Positions 39,190-49,127 of a stretch of DNA of 64,000 nucleotides are shown piece after piece. Below the pieces are notes generated by a model. The model worked only from the letters and a program-made list of their open reading frames with translations, was not told where the DNA came from and searched no databases. Numbering within the stretch: the first letter of the stretch is position 1; each line of letters opens with the position of its first letter. Source of the stretch: Candidatus Micrarchaeia archaeon (GTDB lineage: Archaea; Micrarchaeota; Micrarchaeia; Burarchaeales; Fermentimicrarchaeaceae); contig JAVZHX010000002.1 of NCBI GenBank assembly GCA_038871515.1, positions 4,641 through 68,640 of the forward strand, written 5' to 3'. Made by a program: the position numbers and the translations under genes.

Positions 39190-39720
39190 ATGTTTCAGAG
39201 AGAATTCAAAGGAGTTTCTATAAAAGTTGTGAAAGGAGATTTGACTGAAGTTGAAGCAGATTCAATAGTCAACCCAGCCAATTCTTTTGGTTACATGGGA
39301 GGAGGAGTGGCGCTTGCGATAAAAAGAAAAGGAGGCGAGGAAATAGAGAGGGAAGCAGTGAGCAAATCACCAATTCCTGTTGGGAAAGCAGTTATCACAA
39401 CTGCTGGTAAGTTAAAGGCAAAATTTGTGATTCACACTCCCACCATGGTTCGCCCGGCTGGAGAAACTAGTGTGGAAAAAGTGAAAGAAGCAACTCTCGC
39501 AGCGCTTCTCTGCGCAGAGGAAAATGAATTGAAATCAATTGCTTTTCCTGGTATGGGAACTGGAGTTGGTGGTTTATCATATGAAAATGCTGCAGAAAGT
39601 ATGGTGAATTCAATTAAGGAATTTGCGAAAAGAAGAAAGGTGGTTTCTGAAGTTATTTTAGTTGCATACAACGATGAATTATACAAACAATTCTGCAAAG
39701 CAGTCAAAGATATTCTTTAA
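39190..39720 (+). CDS. Macro domain (ADP-ribose binding/hydrolase) protein
   Basis: GDLT..EADSIVNPAN, GGGVA.AI, AFPGMGTGVG. Confidence 0.95.
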   Translation: MFQREFKGVSIKVVKGDLTEVEADSIVNPANSFGYMGGGVALAIKRKGGEEIEREAVSKSPIPVGKAVITTAGKLKAKFVIHTPTMVRPAGETSVEKVKEATLAALLCAEENELKSIAFPGMGTGVGGLSYENAAESMVNSIKEFAKRRKVVSEVILVAYNDELYKQFCKAVKDIL

Positions 39721-41005
39721 TTCTCTTTTGGAAGAGAATTTCCCGCAGAAGCTTGCTTGTTTTTATCCACTCATCTATTTTAATTTCAAACTTTCCTGAG
39801 ATGTATGAAAGCGATTCATCAAGAGACTGGAAGGCATTGTATTGTTTTTGAAGCGCATTCCTCACTGCTTCCCTCACATTCCAAACGCCAACGGGCATTA
39901 TGTAGCCTGGGTGGGCTTCCCTCATAACAACCACTGCTGCCTGCCTTCTCTCCTTTTTAAGATGCTCGGTAACTGCAAGGCGCGCTGCAAAGTAGCAACC
40001 CCCAATATCTGGGTAGGTATTCCTCCCCCAGAAACCCTCTGCATCCGAAAAAATTGCAACCGTTCTTCCAGACGGGTTCCAGATTGTTTTTGGGTACCAT
40101 GCTTCTATCAGCTCATAACTCCAGTTAGATGGAATCATCAAAACCGCCCATCTGTTATCAAGCGCGTTGTGCGTGTAAACTCTGAACTCGTTTATAACGG
40201 GAAAATCCTTCACTTCATCACAAAGGTTTTTTGAGATTATGCTGTCAACTGCTGTGATTGACCATCTTGTTGGAACAAAGCGCCTTTTCTTCTCAACTCC
40301 AAAAAGTCCTGCTGAGAATGCTCTCTGTATTTTTGAAACAAGAACATTTTTTTCGTACAGCTCCATCACTGCGTCAGCTGCTTTCAAGTCAGTATCGCTG
40401 AATGCTTTTTCAATTCGGTGGTCAGCACTTGTGTAGTTTAAACTCATATCCTTCAATGGAGCGGATGGACCAAAGGGCTGAACCTCATCATCAAGAATTA
40501 ATCTTCCTGCTGGTTTTCTCTTGAATTCTGCTTCCACATGAGCTGGTTCTTTTGAGAGGGCTAGCTCCCTCACAAGTTCGGCAATTTTGCCTGATTCAAC
40601 ATCCTTAACATCCGCCCTGTGCTTTCCCCTCACAAGCTGAAACCTGAAATTTACTATCTCCTGAATTGTTTTATCGTGCCACATCTCAGGCATCCCCATC
40701 ACAGATGTATCGCCTATCAACGGGGGGATTAAGGGGCCTATGCTCACGTACGGGTAGCCCAAACGACCGATGAATATATCTGGCGGTGAGGAACCCTGAA
40801 TGGAAAGTGTATTGATAAGGGGTTTCACCCTCATCTGCGCGTAGAGCTTAACAAGAATTGGACACTGCAACTTGCCGCAGAGAAGTTTTGAGCCCTTGCA
40901 GACTGCGCAGCGGTTGGAGTAGGTTTGTTTTGATGAGAAACCTCCAGCTAGCTCGGTTAATGTTTTTCCATCCTCAATAACTTCAGAAACCCATGGGTTG
41001 GACAC
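39704..41005 (-). CDS. nreA: Nre-family PCNA-interacting DNA repair protein
   Basis: C..CKG...LCG...CP, GSSPP.IF.GR.GYP, VPTRWSITAVD, PVGVWNVRE, C-terminal PIP-like QKRIKEYL; start moved to GTG to avoid overlap. Confidence 0.92.
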   Translation of the reverse strand: MSNPWVSEVIEDGKTLTELAGGFSSKQTYSNRCAVCKGSKLLCGKLQCPILVKLYAQMRVKPLINTLSIQGSSPPDIFIGRLGYPYVSIGPLIPPLIGDTSVMGMPEMWHDKTIQEIVNFRFQLVRGKHRADVKDVESGKIAELVRELALSKEPAHVEAEFKRKPAGRLILDDEVQPFGPSAPLKDMSLNYTSADHRIEKAFSDTDLKAADAVMELYEKNVLVSKIQRAFSAGLFGVEKKRRFVPTRWSITAVDSIISKNLCDEVKDFPVINEFRVYTHNALDNRWAVLMIPSNWSYELIEAWYPKTIWNPSGRTVAIFSDAEGFWGRNTYPDIGGCYFAARLAVTEHLKKERRQAAVVVMREAHPGYIMPVGVWNVREAVRNALQKQYNAFQSLDESLSYISGKFEIKIDEWIKTSKLLREILFQKRIKEYL

Positions 41006-41066
41006 AATAGAATTATGAATAGGAAGGTATACTAATCTTTCTTGGGGGTAACTTTCCGGTGAATGA

Positions 41067-41867
41067 ATGATTGTGAGAGAAGTTAAATGCAAATCCCTTC
41101 TCAACCCAAGCAAGCTTGCTGTTTACTGCATAAACCCATACGTTGGGTGCCAGCACGGTTGCACTTACTGCTATGCGGATTCAATTACGAGGAAGTTCAG
41201 CAAGCATTCAGAGAAATGGGGCGAGTTTGTTGACGTGAAGTTGAATGCGCCAGAAGTTTTGAGAAAAGAGATTAGAAAGAAAAAGAAGGGAAGTGTTTTC
41301 ATCTCCTCCCTTACGGATGCTTACCAGCCAGTTGAAAAAAAGTATGAGCTGACAAGAAAGCTGCTTGAAATTCTGCTTGAGAATGACTTTCCTGTTTGCA
41401 TACAGACAAAATCCCCTCTTGTTATAAGAGATTTGGATTTGTTGAAAAAGTTTGGGGAATGCGAAGTTGGTTTCACAATAATAACGCTTGATGAGTCTCT
41501 TAAAAACTTCTTTGAGCCATTCTCACCCTCTGTGAAGGAGAGAATTGATGCGCTGAGGGAGTTGAATGAAAATGGGGTTAGAACGTATCTCTTCGCAGGC
41601 CCTCTTCTTCCCTTTATCAGTGAAAGCAGCTTGGAGGGACTTGTTGAAGTTGCCTGTGAAACTAAATCAACTCTCTGGTTTGACAAACTGAATTTGAAAG
41701 CAGGAGTGTGGGAGAGAGTTAGTGAGGCTCTCCAAAGTTATGAACCAGAGATGATTCCAAAGTGGGAGGAAGTTCTTCTTTCAAAAAATGATTATTACAG
41801 AAAACTGAAAGAGAGAGTTGTGAAATTGTGCGGTGAGAAGGGAGTGGAGTGCAAAATATGTTTTTAG
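41067..41867 (+). CDS. Radical SAM protein, spore photoproduct lyase-like (Rv2578c type)
   Basis: NPYVGCQHGCTYCYA, TDAYQP.E, QTKS.L..RD. Confidence 0.92.
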   Translation: MIVREVKCKSLLNPSKLAVYCINPYVGCQHGCTYCYADSITRKFSKHSEKWGEFVDVKLNAPEVLRKEIRKKKKGSVFISSLTDAYQPVEKKYELTRKLLEILLENDFPVCIQTKSPLVIRDLDLLKKFGECEVGFTIITLDESLKNFFEPFSPSVKERIDALRELNENGVRTYLFAGPLLPFISESSLEGLVEVACETKSTLWFDKLNLKAGVWERVSEALQSYEPEMIPKWEEVLLSKNDYYRKLKERVVKLCGEKGVECKICF

Positions 41868-41939
41868 TGGGCCCGCCCGGGATCGAACCGGGAATTTTCA
41901 CCGTGTCAGGGTGACGTCTTACCATTCGACTACAGGCCC
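41868..41939 (-). tRNA. tRNA-Val(GAC), intronless, CCA not encoded
   Basis: Acceptor GGGCCTG/CGGGCCC, anticodon arm TCACC-CTGACAC-GGTGA, T loop GTTCGAT. Confidence 0.96.
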
Positions 41940-41963
41940 ATGAAATTATTTTCAATTTATAAA

Positions 41964-42947
41964 TTAAAAACCCTTGCGTTTGTTTATGAATGAGTCATAT
42001 CCGTTGGTGTTAACTTTTCTGCCGTCAAGCAACACCCCTCTTCCCTCTATCGCTCTTCCAATTTCTATAAGCTCTCCCCCAACGCCAGTAACCTTTTTCC
42101 TAACTTTCTCAAACTCCCTCTCGCTTAGAGTTATAATAAGTTCATAATCCTCCCCGTTGTTAAGGAGCGTCTTTCTGCTGATTTCGTGCTTTTCAGTAAA
42201 CTCCTCTGCTTCCTTTGAAATTGGAATTTTTTCAGAGTCAAGAGAAAGACAAACTCTGCTCATGCGTGCTATCTCGCCAGCTGAGAAAAGCAAACCGTCA
42301 GTTATATCCATCCCAGCTGCTCTGACACCAAGCTCAGCTATTGCAATTCCCTCCCTCACTCTTGCCTTCGGGTTCAGGAATGCATTTTTGAGCTTTTCAT
42401 ACTTCTTTGAGTCAACTCCCTCCTTCACAATTCTCAAACCCAGAAAAGCATCACCAATTTCACCTGTAACCGCAACAATGTCTCCTTCTCTTGCATTGCA
42501 CCTTCTCATCGGTTTTCCGATAATCTCGCCAAGTGCAATGCCGCATATTGTGAGCTCTTTTGCTTTCTTCGTATCTCCTCCGATGAATGGTGCGTTATAT
42601 TCTGAGCAGGTTAGGTTGATTCCTTTAATTATGCCTCTGAGAATTCTGAAATCAAGCTGGGGCGGTATTCCAAATGAGAAAAGCATTCCAAGCGGCTTGG
42701 CACCAACTGCAGCCAAATCGCTTAGGTTTGCAACTGCAATTTTTCTTCCAATCTGCTGTGATTTCATGGATGGAGGGAAGTGAGTTGAATGGAACATTAT
42801 ATCGGAGGTTAGGGCAAGTTGTTTGCCGTTAAATTTTAGAAGAGCTGCGTCATCCTCTCCTGCTCCAGAGATGATTGATTTGTTTCTATAGAGTTTTTCT
42901 GTCAAAAGCTCTATCAGTTTCCTCTCCCCAAGCAAATCTACTCTCAT
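41964..42947 (-). CDS. thiL: Thiamine-monophosphate kinase
   Basis: GEDDAA, HFP, NLSDLAAVGA.P, GGDT, DITDGL, GEDYEL. Confidence 0.96.
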   Translation of the reverse strand: MRVDLLGERKLIELLTEKLYRNKSIISGAGEDDAALLKFNGKQLALTSDIMFHSTHFPPSMKSQQIGRKIAVANLSDLAAVGAKPLGMLFSFGIPPQLDFRILRGIIKGINLTCSEYNAPFIGGDTKKAKELTICGIALGEIIGKPMRRCNAREGDIVAVTGEIGDAFLGLRIVKEGVDSKKYEKLKNAFLNPKARVREGIAIAELGVRAAGMDITDGLLFSAGEIARMSRVCLSLDSEKIPISKEAEEFTEKHEISRKTLLNNGEDYELIITLSEREFEKVRKKVTGVGGELIEIGRAIEGRGVLLDGRKVNTNGYDSFINKRKGF

Positions 42948-42995
42948 ACAATCCTATTAATTTATAATTAACTTAAATAAATAAGAGGTGAGGGA

Positions 42996-44093
42996 ATGGA
43001 GCTTTTTGAGAGAATGAAGGAAGCGCATACAATTGATTATGAGGAGCCAATAACAAAAGCAATAGGGGAGCTTCCAAAACACAGAACATGCCTGGTTGTT
43101 TTAAAAGGTAAGAATTATGCTGGTATAATTGATGATTGGACGATAACAAGCTCTGCTGCGGAGCATACTGCGAAGGTTGGTTCTGTCGCTGTCCACGCTC
43201 CGGTTATCACAAGAAGAACCAGTCTTCTTAACATATGCAAGCTTTTCTCAAGCGGTCCTTACAGAGCACTTCCAGTTGTTGAGGAGGATAAGTTAATAGG
43301 TGTGCTTCCAAGAAGCGAGGTTTTGAAAATAATGGTGGAGGAGGGGTTGCTTGAGAGAAGGAAAGTAGAAGAGGTGATGGATAAACAGGTTCCAAAAATT
43401 GAGGCGAAAGCTCATCTTGGGAAGGCAAAAGCAAGGATGCAGGGCAATCAATACGGCAAGCTTGCTGTTGTTGAGGAAGGGAAGCTTGTTGGAGTTTTAA
43501 CAGCGTATGATTTTACGGCTTTTCTCAGCAAACCAAAGGATAAACTGCCTTTCAGAAGGGAGAAGGTGAGGCTGGAGGATGTAGAAGTGAAGTCAATTAT
43601 GAAGGAGGATGTTTATACAATAAAACCGGATGCGTCTCTTAGGGAAAGCGCAAATGAGATGATTGAGGGTGATGTTGCTGCTTTGATAGTTGAGAGCGCT
43701 GGCAAACCAGTTGGAATAATAAGCGCAAGGCATCTTCTCAGCTCTGTTGTTCAGCCTGAGGAGGTGAAGTTGGAAATTTCTGGGTTGGATGAGAAAGATA
43801 GAATTTTCAGTGAGGATGTAAAGGAGGAGTGCAAGAGGTTTATAAACAAGCTGAAAAGAAGCTGCGAGGTTGAGGGGATGTGGGTGCACTTCAAAAAGTA
43901 TGGAAAGAAGTATTCAACTCATGGGGGGGTGAAGCTGAGGAGAAGAAACTACTCGGCAAGCTCGTTTGGGTGGAGTTTGAGAGATTCTTTAAAATCATTC
44001 CTAGATGAACTGGAGAGGATGGTTAAAAAAGGTAAAGAGGAGAGAGTTGCGAGGAGAAGGGAGATGAGGAAGAGTGGAAGGTGGGTGGAGTGA
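42996..44093 (+). CDS. Four-CBS-domain protein with C-terminal HPF/RaiA-like domain (putative ribosome hibernation factor)
   Basis: CBS repeats (LPVVEE.KLIG, VVEEGKLVGVLT, PVGIIS), then a beta-alpha-beta-beta-beta-alpha tail ending GWSL..SL...LDELER. Confidence 0.8.
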   Translation: MELFERMKEAHTIDYEEPITKAIGELPKHRTCLVVLKGKNYAGIIDDWTITSSAAEHTAKVGSVAVHAPVITRRTSLLNICKLFSSGPYRALPVVEEDKLIGVLPRSEVLKIMVEEGLLERRKVEEVMDKQVPKIEAKAHLGKAKARMQGNQYGKLAVVEEGKLVGVLTAYDFTAFLSKPKDKLPFRREKVRLEDVEVKSIMKEDVYTIKPDASLRESANEMIEGDVAALIVESAGKPVGIISARHLLSSVVQPEEVKLEISGLDEKDRIFSEDVKEECKRFINKLKRSCEVEGMWVHFKKYGKKYSTHGGVKLRRRNYSASSFGWSLRDSLKSFLDELERMVKKGKEERVARRREMRKSGRWVE

Positions 44094-45409
44094 AAGTTGG
44101 TTTGGCGATTGGAGGTTCTTCAACTACAGGAGCTGCTGGCGTTGAGGCAGATTTGAAAACGTTTGCAACATTTGGAGTTCACTCAGCAGTCGTTATAACC
44201 TCTGTTGTTTCGCAGAACACAAAAGGAGTTCAGCAGGTTTTCCCCCTTCCACCCGAGGTTGTTGCTCAGCAGATTAACTCAGTTTTTTCAGATATGGAAG
44301 TAGGTGGTATTAAAATTGGGTTGGTTGGTGATGAGGAAGTTGCAAGGATAATTATGGGGAAGTTGAAGGGAAAAAGGAATATAGTTTTTGATCCTGTTAT
44401 GACTGCCCAGTCTGATGGAAGCGCGTTGGTAAGCAAGGAAACTGTGAAGGAAATGAAAAAGCTGATTGGGATTTCAAGGATAGTCACTCCAAACCCATTT
44501 GAAGCTGAGAGACTGACAGGAGTTGAGGTGAGAAGTGTTGCTGACGCGAGAAGGGCAGCCGAAGCTTTGAAATCTTTTGGAGCAGAAGCAGTTGTTATTA
44601 AGGGCATCGTGGTTGGAAGAAAGGTTTTTGATGTTTTGTTGCATAGTGAGTTCCAAGTTGTAAGTAGAAAGTTCGTGCAGGGGGGAACGCATGGAGGAGG
44701 ATGCTGCTTCTCCTCAGCGCTGGCTGCCTGCTTGATAAATGGTTTGAGCATAGAGAAATCGTTTGAGGAAACTGAGAGATTTATTGATTCATTGCTCACA
44801 AAAACTTTGAGAATTGGAAAGGGAATAAAGGCAGCTGAGCCGCTGCAGGAAGTTGCGGTCAACTCTGAGAGATGGAAGGTTATTCAAAATTTAAAAAAAG
44901 CTTTGCGGGAGATAGAAAGCTGCGAGAAGTTTTCGTCGTTTATACCTGAAGTTGGAGTGAATTTAGTTTACGCCCTTTCCAACGCAAGAGGAGTTGAAGA
45001 TGTTGCAGGAGTTGTTGGTAGAATAAGGAATGCGATGGGAAAGCCAAAGTCGCTTGGCGAGGTGGAGTTTGGCGCTTCTTCTCACCTTGCAAGAGCAGTT
45101 TTGAAGATGATGGAGTTTGACCCTTTTAGAAGAGCTGCGATAAATGTGAAATTCAGCGAGGAAGTTGTTAAAAAGTTCAAGAGAATGGGAATGATTGTTT
45201 CAAGCTATGAGAGGGAGAAACAGCCAGAAGAGGTGAAGTGGAAGGAGGGAGGGACGATTCAGTGGGGAGTGGAATATGCTGTGAAAAAAGGGAAGATTCC
45301 TGATGTGATTTACCATAAAGGTGAAATTGGGAAGGAGCCATCTGTTATAATATTTGGGAAGGATGCGTTGAGCGTTGCGAGAATTGCTTTGAGATTACCA
45401 AAAGCTTAA
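44090..45409 (+). CDS. thiD: Bifunctional HMP/HMP-P kinase and thiamine-phosphate synthase ThiN (ThiDN)
   Basis: GAAGVEADLKT, DPVM, TPN.FEA, THGGGC; ThiN domain IPEVG.N, GRI, FGASSH.AR, GKEP. Confidence 0.94.
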   Translation: MKVGLAIGGSSTTGAAGVEADLKTFATFGVHSAVVITSVVSQNTKGVQQVFPLPPEVVAQQINSVFSDMEVGGIKIGLVGDEEVARIIMGKLKGKRNIVFDPVMTAQSDGSALVSKETVKEMKKLIGISRIVTPNPFEAERLTGVEVRSVADARRAAEALKSFGAEAVVIKGIVVGRKVFDVLLHSEFQVVSRKFVQGGTHGGGCCFSSALAACLINGLSIEKSFEETERFIDSLLTKTLRIGKGIKAAEPLQEVAVNSERWKVIQNLKKALREIESCEKFSSFIPEVGVNLVYALSNARGVEDVAGVVGRIRNAMGKPKSLGEVEFGASSHLARAVLKMMEFDPFRRAAINVKFSEEVVKKFKRMGMIVSSYEREKQPEEVKWKEGGTIQWGVEYAVKKGKIPDVIYHKGEIGKEPSVIIFGKDALSVARIALRLPKA

Positions 45410-45435
45410 TATTCAGTCAATTCTATTATTCAACT

Positions 45436-45894
45436 ATGAGAAGAGGACAGGCAAGCACTGAAATTATGATAACAGTTGCATTTGTTGTAACCATAATGTT
45501 TCCTCTTATTCTCATAGCTTATCTACAAAGCACAAATGTTTCTGACCAACTTGCAGTTCAGCAGGCACAGCAGACTGCAACGAAAATAACGAACTACGCG
45601 GATGTTGTTGGGGTGCAGGGTTATCCAAGCAGGATAAGCATCCAAGTTTTTATGCCACCAAATATAGAGAATATAACTGTTGGCAACTCCACTGGTGGGG
45701 TGGGGAATGAGCTGATAATAAATATAAGGACAAGCGCTGGGGTTAGCCAGATAGTTGCGTTAACTTTAACAAAAATTGCTGGTGATTTGTCAACAGTTGC
45801 AAAGCCCGGTACATACTTCATAAAAATATCTGCTTTGGAGAATTGTACAAAAGTTGACCCGACACAGGAGTGTGTTTACATTGAAAGAGCATAG
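45436..45894 (+). CDS. Class III signal peptide pilin-like protein
   Basis: MRRGQ|ASTEIMI plus hydrophobic helix. Confidence 0.85.
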   Translation: MRRGQASTEIMITVAFVVTIMFPLILIAYLQSTNVSDQLAVQQAQQTATKITNYADVVGVQGYPSRISIQVFMPPNIENITVGNSTGGVGNELIINIRTSAGVSQIVALTLTKIAGDLSTVAKPGTYFIKISALENCTKVDPTQECVYIERA

Positions 45895-45902
45895 GTGAAA
45901 AT

Positions 45903-46676
45903 GTGAAGGGGCAGAGCGCAAGTGAGCTTTTGGTTGTTTTCATGTTTGTTATGTTAGTATTCACTTTATTTCTAACCACATTCGTCCAGCAGCGCTCCCT
46001 TGAGATGCAACAAGCCAAAGTGAGTTTAGCGGACAGTGTTGGTGAACAATTTGCCTATGAGATAAATCTTGCAGCGAGAAGCGGGAATGGGTATTCAAGG
46101 AAGTTCACATATCCTGTGAAGCTTGAGGGAGTTACCCCGTATAATATCACGCTGAATAATCTATCAAAAAGCATTGATATATTCTTCACGCTTGGCACCA
46201 TAAACTACTCCCATTCATTTCCTTTAATTCACACAAACGTAAGGGTTGAGCCACAGATAATTGCCAGACTGCCAAACGGAACACCCTATGGATATGTGTT
46301 GCATTCAAGCAATTTGACTTTTTCAAGAGGTGAAATGTATATCCAGAATGTAAATAACATTATTTTCATAAGCACTGTGACATATCTTCAAGTAACTCCT
46401 CAGACAATACAGCTTAATGCATCCCCAACAGAGATTGGGATTTGGATGAATACTTCAAATATAACTGCGGTTGTGCTTGATCAGTTTGGCAACCATGTGC
46501 CGGATGGAACGCTTGTGCGCTTTGAAACTGATTTGGGAATGATAGATAGTTTTGTGCCTACGAAGAATGGAACTGCTGTGGCAGTTTTGAGAAGCGGTTT
46601 CACGCCAGGGAGAGCAAGAGTGTATGCAAAAGTTTCGGGTGTTAATAAATCAATTGTTGTTACATTCGTGGGTTAG
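45903..46676 (+). CDS. Class III signal peptide protein with C-terminal Big-1 Ig domain
   Basis: MKGQ|SASELLVV; ITAVVLDQFGNHVPDGTLVRFET..G..T.NG.A. Confidence 0.85.
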   Translation: MKGQSASELLVVFMFVMLVFTLFLTTFVQQRSLEMQQAKVSLADSVGEQFAYEINLAARSGNGYSRKFTYPVKLEGVTPYNITLNNLSKSIDIFFTLGTINYSHSFPLIHTNVRVEPQIIARLPNGTPYGYVLHSSNLTFSRGEMYIQNVNNIIFISTVTYLQVTPQTIQLNASPTEIGIWMNTSNITAVVLDQFGNHVPDGTLVRFETDLGMIDSFVPTKNGTAVAVLRSGFTPGRARVYAKVSGVNKSIVVTFVG

Positions 46677-46684
46677 GTGGGAGT

Positions 46685-47170
46685 TTGAGAAAAGCACAGG
46701 CAACTATGAGGGAAATTGGTTTGGCTGCATTGATAATGATTATTTTAATTCTCTATCTTTACTTCACATCCCCTCAGTTGCCAGAACCAACTCAGTTTAA
46801 GGAGAAGTGTTCATTGAGTGGGAACTTCACATGCCGTTACGTATTTCTCAGGAGGGGAAGTAGCAGGCTGGAGTTGATTTTAGAGCAGAACACTGGAAGC
46901 GTGATAAATATAACATCGTTTGTTTGCACAAAAAGAACTCAAATTCCTTTAATGCCAGCGCTTAACAACAGCATTGTAATCACATCCGGCGAGAGGGCGT
47001 ATGTAGCTGGCGGCAACAGTGGAAATGAAATTGTTTGCACGGAGAGAGATGGAAGTATTCCGGAAGGTAAACTTGGTGATGTTTACGAGGGATACATTTA
47101 TATGACGTATATTGATAGAAACAAAAATGTTGTTTTTGTTAATGGGAGTATAATCACAAAATACTCTTAA
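46685..47170 (+). CDS. Class III signal peptide pilin-like protein
   Basis: MRKAQ|AT plus hydrophobic helix; C.L...F.C pair as in the other pilins here. Confidence 0.8.
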   Translation: MRKAQATMREIGLAALIMIILILYLYFTSPQLPEPTQFKEKCSLSGNFTCRYVFLRRGSSRLELILEQNTGSVINITSFVCTKRTQIPLMPALNNSIVITSGERAYVAGGNSGNEIVCTERDGSIPEGKLGDVYEGYIYMTYIDRNKNVVFVNGSIITKYS

Positions 47171-47669
47171 TGTTTTCCTTCAAATATTTTCCGCTGTATT
47201 TTGCTTTTGGTTTAGCTGAGAGCTTCAGAAATATCAGCTGAGCCAGACGGGCGTTTCTTTTTAACTTTATTCCGTGCTTGTTTGAAACAATAAGAAGGGA
47301 TTCACTTCTTCCCTCATAGCCGGGATCCCATACTGCGCAGTGCATAAATGCACCGCATCTCAAAAGGGAGGAGCGGGGGAATGCTAAACCGATGCAGTCT
47401 GGAGGAACGCGTATTATCTCGTTATAAACTACTTTGTACGCACCGCTTTTCAGTTTAACCTCGTCATAAATTTTGAGTTTTTTGCATTTCGGCAGCACCC
47501 TCTCCTTGTTTGTGAAATCCAGGCAACCAGCTTCTTTAAACTCAAAAATCTCAGAAAGGGTTAAATCAACTCCTGCCGGTTGGAGTTGAACTCCCTTATT
47601 AACCATCCTGTCAATTAATGAGCTTTGCTCAATCAGTTTTTTTATTTCAATATCGCTCAAAACAGGCAT
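47154..47669 (-). CDS. Trimeric dUTPase/dCTP deaminase family protein (probable dUTPase)
   Basis: QLQPAGVDL, PRSSLLR.G, WDPGYEGR, RLAQLIF. Confidence 0.9.
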   Translation of the reverse strand: MPVLSDIEIKKLIEQSSLIDRMVNKGVQLQPAGVDLTLSEIFEFKEAGCLDFTNKERVLPKCKKLKIYDEVKLKSGAYKVVYNEIIRVPPDCIGLAFPRSSLLRCGAFMHCAVWDPGYEGRSESLLIVSNKHGIKLKRNARLAQLIFLKLSAKPKAKYSGKYLKENIKSIL

Positions 47670-47688
47670 GCAGATTCTCTCAAATTTT

Positions 47689-48117
47689 TTACAAAGGATT
47701 TTTGCTGAATATTTCACTCTTCTTGAAAAACCTTTTGATTTCTTTTTCAGCAGTTTCCCTTGAATCGGAAGCGTGTATTATGTTTTCCTGCACATCCTTC
47801 CCAAAGTCACCTCTTATCGTCCCTTTCGGTGCTTTCTTTGAATCTGTTGGGCCGGCAAGCTCCCTGAGGAGTTGAACTGCATTCTCCCCTTCAACAACCA
47901 TGCAGATAACCGGTGTTGAGCACATAAACTCAACCAAGCTTTTGAAGAATGGTTTGTCAACGTGGTGCGAGTAGTGCTCCCTGCACATCTCTTCATCAAG
48001 TTGAACAACTTTCATCCCAACAATATTCAAACCGCTTCTCTCAATTCTCGTTATAACTTCCCCTACAACTTTCTTCTTAACTGCATCTGGCTTCAGCATA
48101 ACAAAGGTTCTCTCCAC
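47689..48117 (-). CDS. ndk: Nucleoside diphosphate kinase
   Basis: ERTFVMLKPD, GTIRGDFG, NIIHASDS. Confidence 0.97.
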   Translation of the reverse strand: MERTFVMLKPDAVKKKVVGEVITRIERSGLNIVGMKVVQLDEEMCREHYSHHVDKPFFKSLVEFMCSTPVICMVVEGENAVQLLRELAGPTDSKKAPKGTIRGDFGKDVQENIIHASDSRETAEKEIKRFFKKSEIFSKNPL

Positions 48118-48126
48118 AGGAAACAC

Positions 48127-48294
48127 CTAAACTCTATACTTAGTAGTCCACTTCAGCCTTCTTGGATTTCTCCTCAAGTTCAGCATATTCTTTCTGCATT
48201 TTGAGGAGCAGAAGCTGAGAGTGGAACCGTCTCTTTTCACATACAGTATGCCTGTTCCAGTCTCCATTTCCTCTCCGCAAAAGGAGCACTTCAT
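48127..48294 (-). CDS. rpl24e: 50S ribosomal protein L24e
   Basis: Manual translation MKCSFCG...GTG.LYV..DG...FCSSKC.....RNPR.LKWT; conserved rpl7ae-rps28e-rpl24e-ndk order; not in the ORF track. Confidence 0.95.
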   Translation of the reverse strand: MKCSFCGEEMETGTGILYVKRDGSTLSFCSSKCRKNMLNLRRNPRRLKWTTKYRV

Positions 48295-48304
48295 TTTAAC
48301 TACC

Positions 48305-48514
48305 TCACTTTGCCTTTATTGGCTTGGCTTCCCTCTCTGTTTCCAGCAGTATTATTATATCCCCTTTCCTCACAGGTCCCTTTATGTTTCTTCTTATCAC
48401 TCTTCCCTTATCCTTTCCCTCAAGTATTTTGCACATTGCCTGGTATACCTCGCCATAAATACCTGTTTTGCCAAGCACCTCAACAACTTCTGCGGCTGCT
48501 GGTTGATCAGTCAT
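48305..48514 (-). CDS. rps28e: 30S ribosomal protein S28e
   Basis: [29 protein letters not shown]. Confidence 0.97.
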   Translation of the reverse strand: MTDQPAAAEVVEVLGKTGIYGEVYQAMCKILEGKDKGRVIRRNIKGPVRKGDIIILLETEREAKPIKAK

Positions 48515-48518
48515 TCAA

Positions 48519-49013
48519 TCACTCTTTTTTCTCTTCTGGTTTGCTCTCCTCTGGTTTCTCCTCTGCTTTCTTCCTTGTCTTTCTTGGCTTTGTTGGTTTC
48601 TTTGGTTTCTCCTCTTCCACAACTTCTGGCTTTGCTTCCTCCTTAACCTCTGGCTTCACTCCCTTTATCTTTGCGACTATATCGTTTATCAACTCGCTTG
48701 CATTTCCAGCCTTCTCTATTCCAACTGCTGCGCAGCTTACCTCAAGCCCAGCGGATTTTCCCAAATCCTTCTTGGAGGGAACGTAGACGTATGGAATTTT
48801 CTTCTCGTCGCACAGCATCGGCAAGTGAATCACAACTTCCTCCGGGTCAACATCCTCAGCTATCACGACAAGAGCTGCCTCGCCTTTCTCTATGAGCTTT
48901 GTTGTCTCATTCGTTCCCTTCCTCACTCTTCCCGTGTCCTTTGCAATCTGGACTGCCTCGTAAGCTTTCTCAGCAACCTCTTTCGGAGTTTCAAATTTCA
49001 CATAACTCTTCAT
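48519..49013 (-). CDS. rpl7ae: 50S ribosomal protein L7Ae with charged C-terminal extension
   Basis: [23 protein letters not shown]...HLP.LC.EK. Confidence 0.96.
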   Translation of the reverse strand: MKSYVKFETPKEVAEKAYEAVQIAKDTGRVRKGTNETTKLIEKGEAALVVIAEDVDPEEVVIHLPMLCDEKKIPYVYVPSKKDLGKSAGLEVSCAAVGIEKAGNASELINDIVAKIKGVKPEVKEEAKPEVVEEEKPKKPTKPRKTRKKAEEKPEESKPEEKKE

Positions 49014-49127
49014 CTCAAACACCTCTTGTTTGTCATCGATACATGTTTAAAAACAGGTGCAGAATATAGGTAATTTATCCTTAAAAAGCTTTCTGTTTCT
49101 TTGTAAGAAACAACTTATACGAACCAT

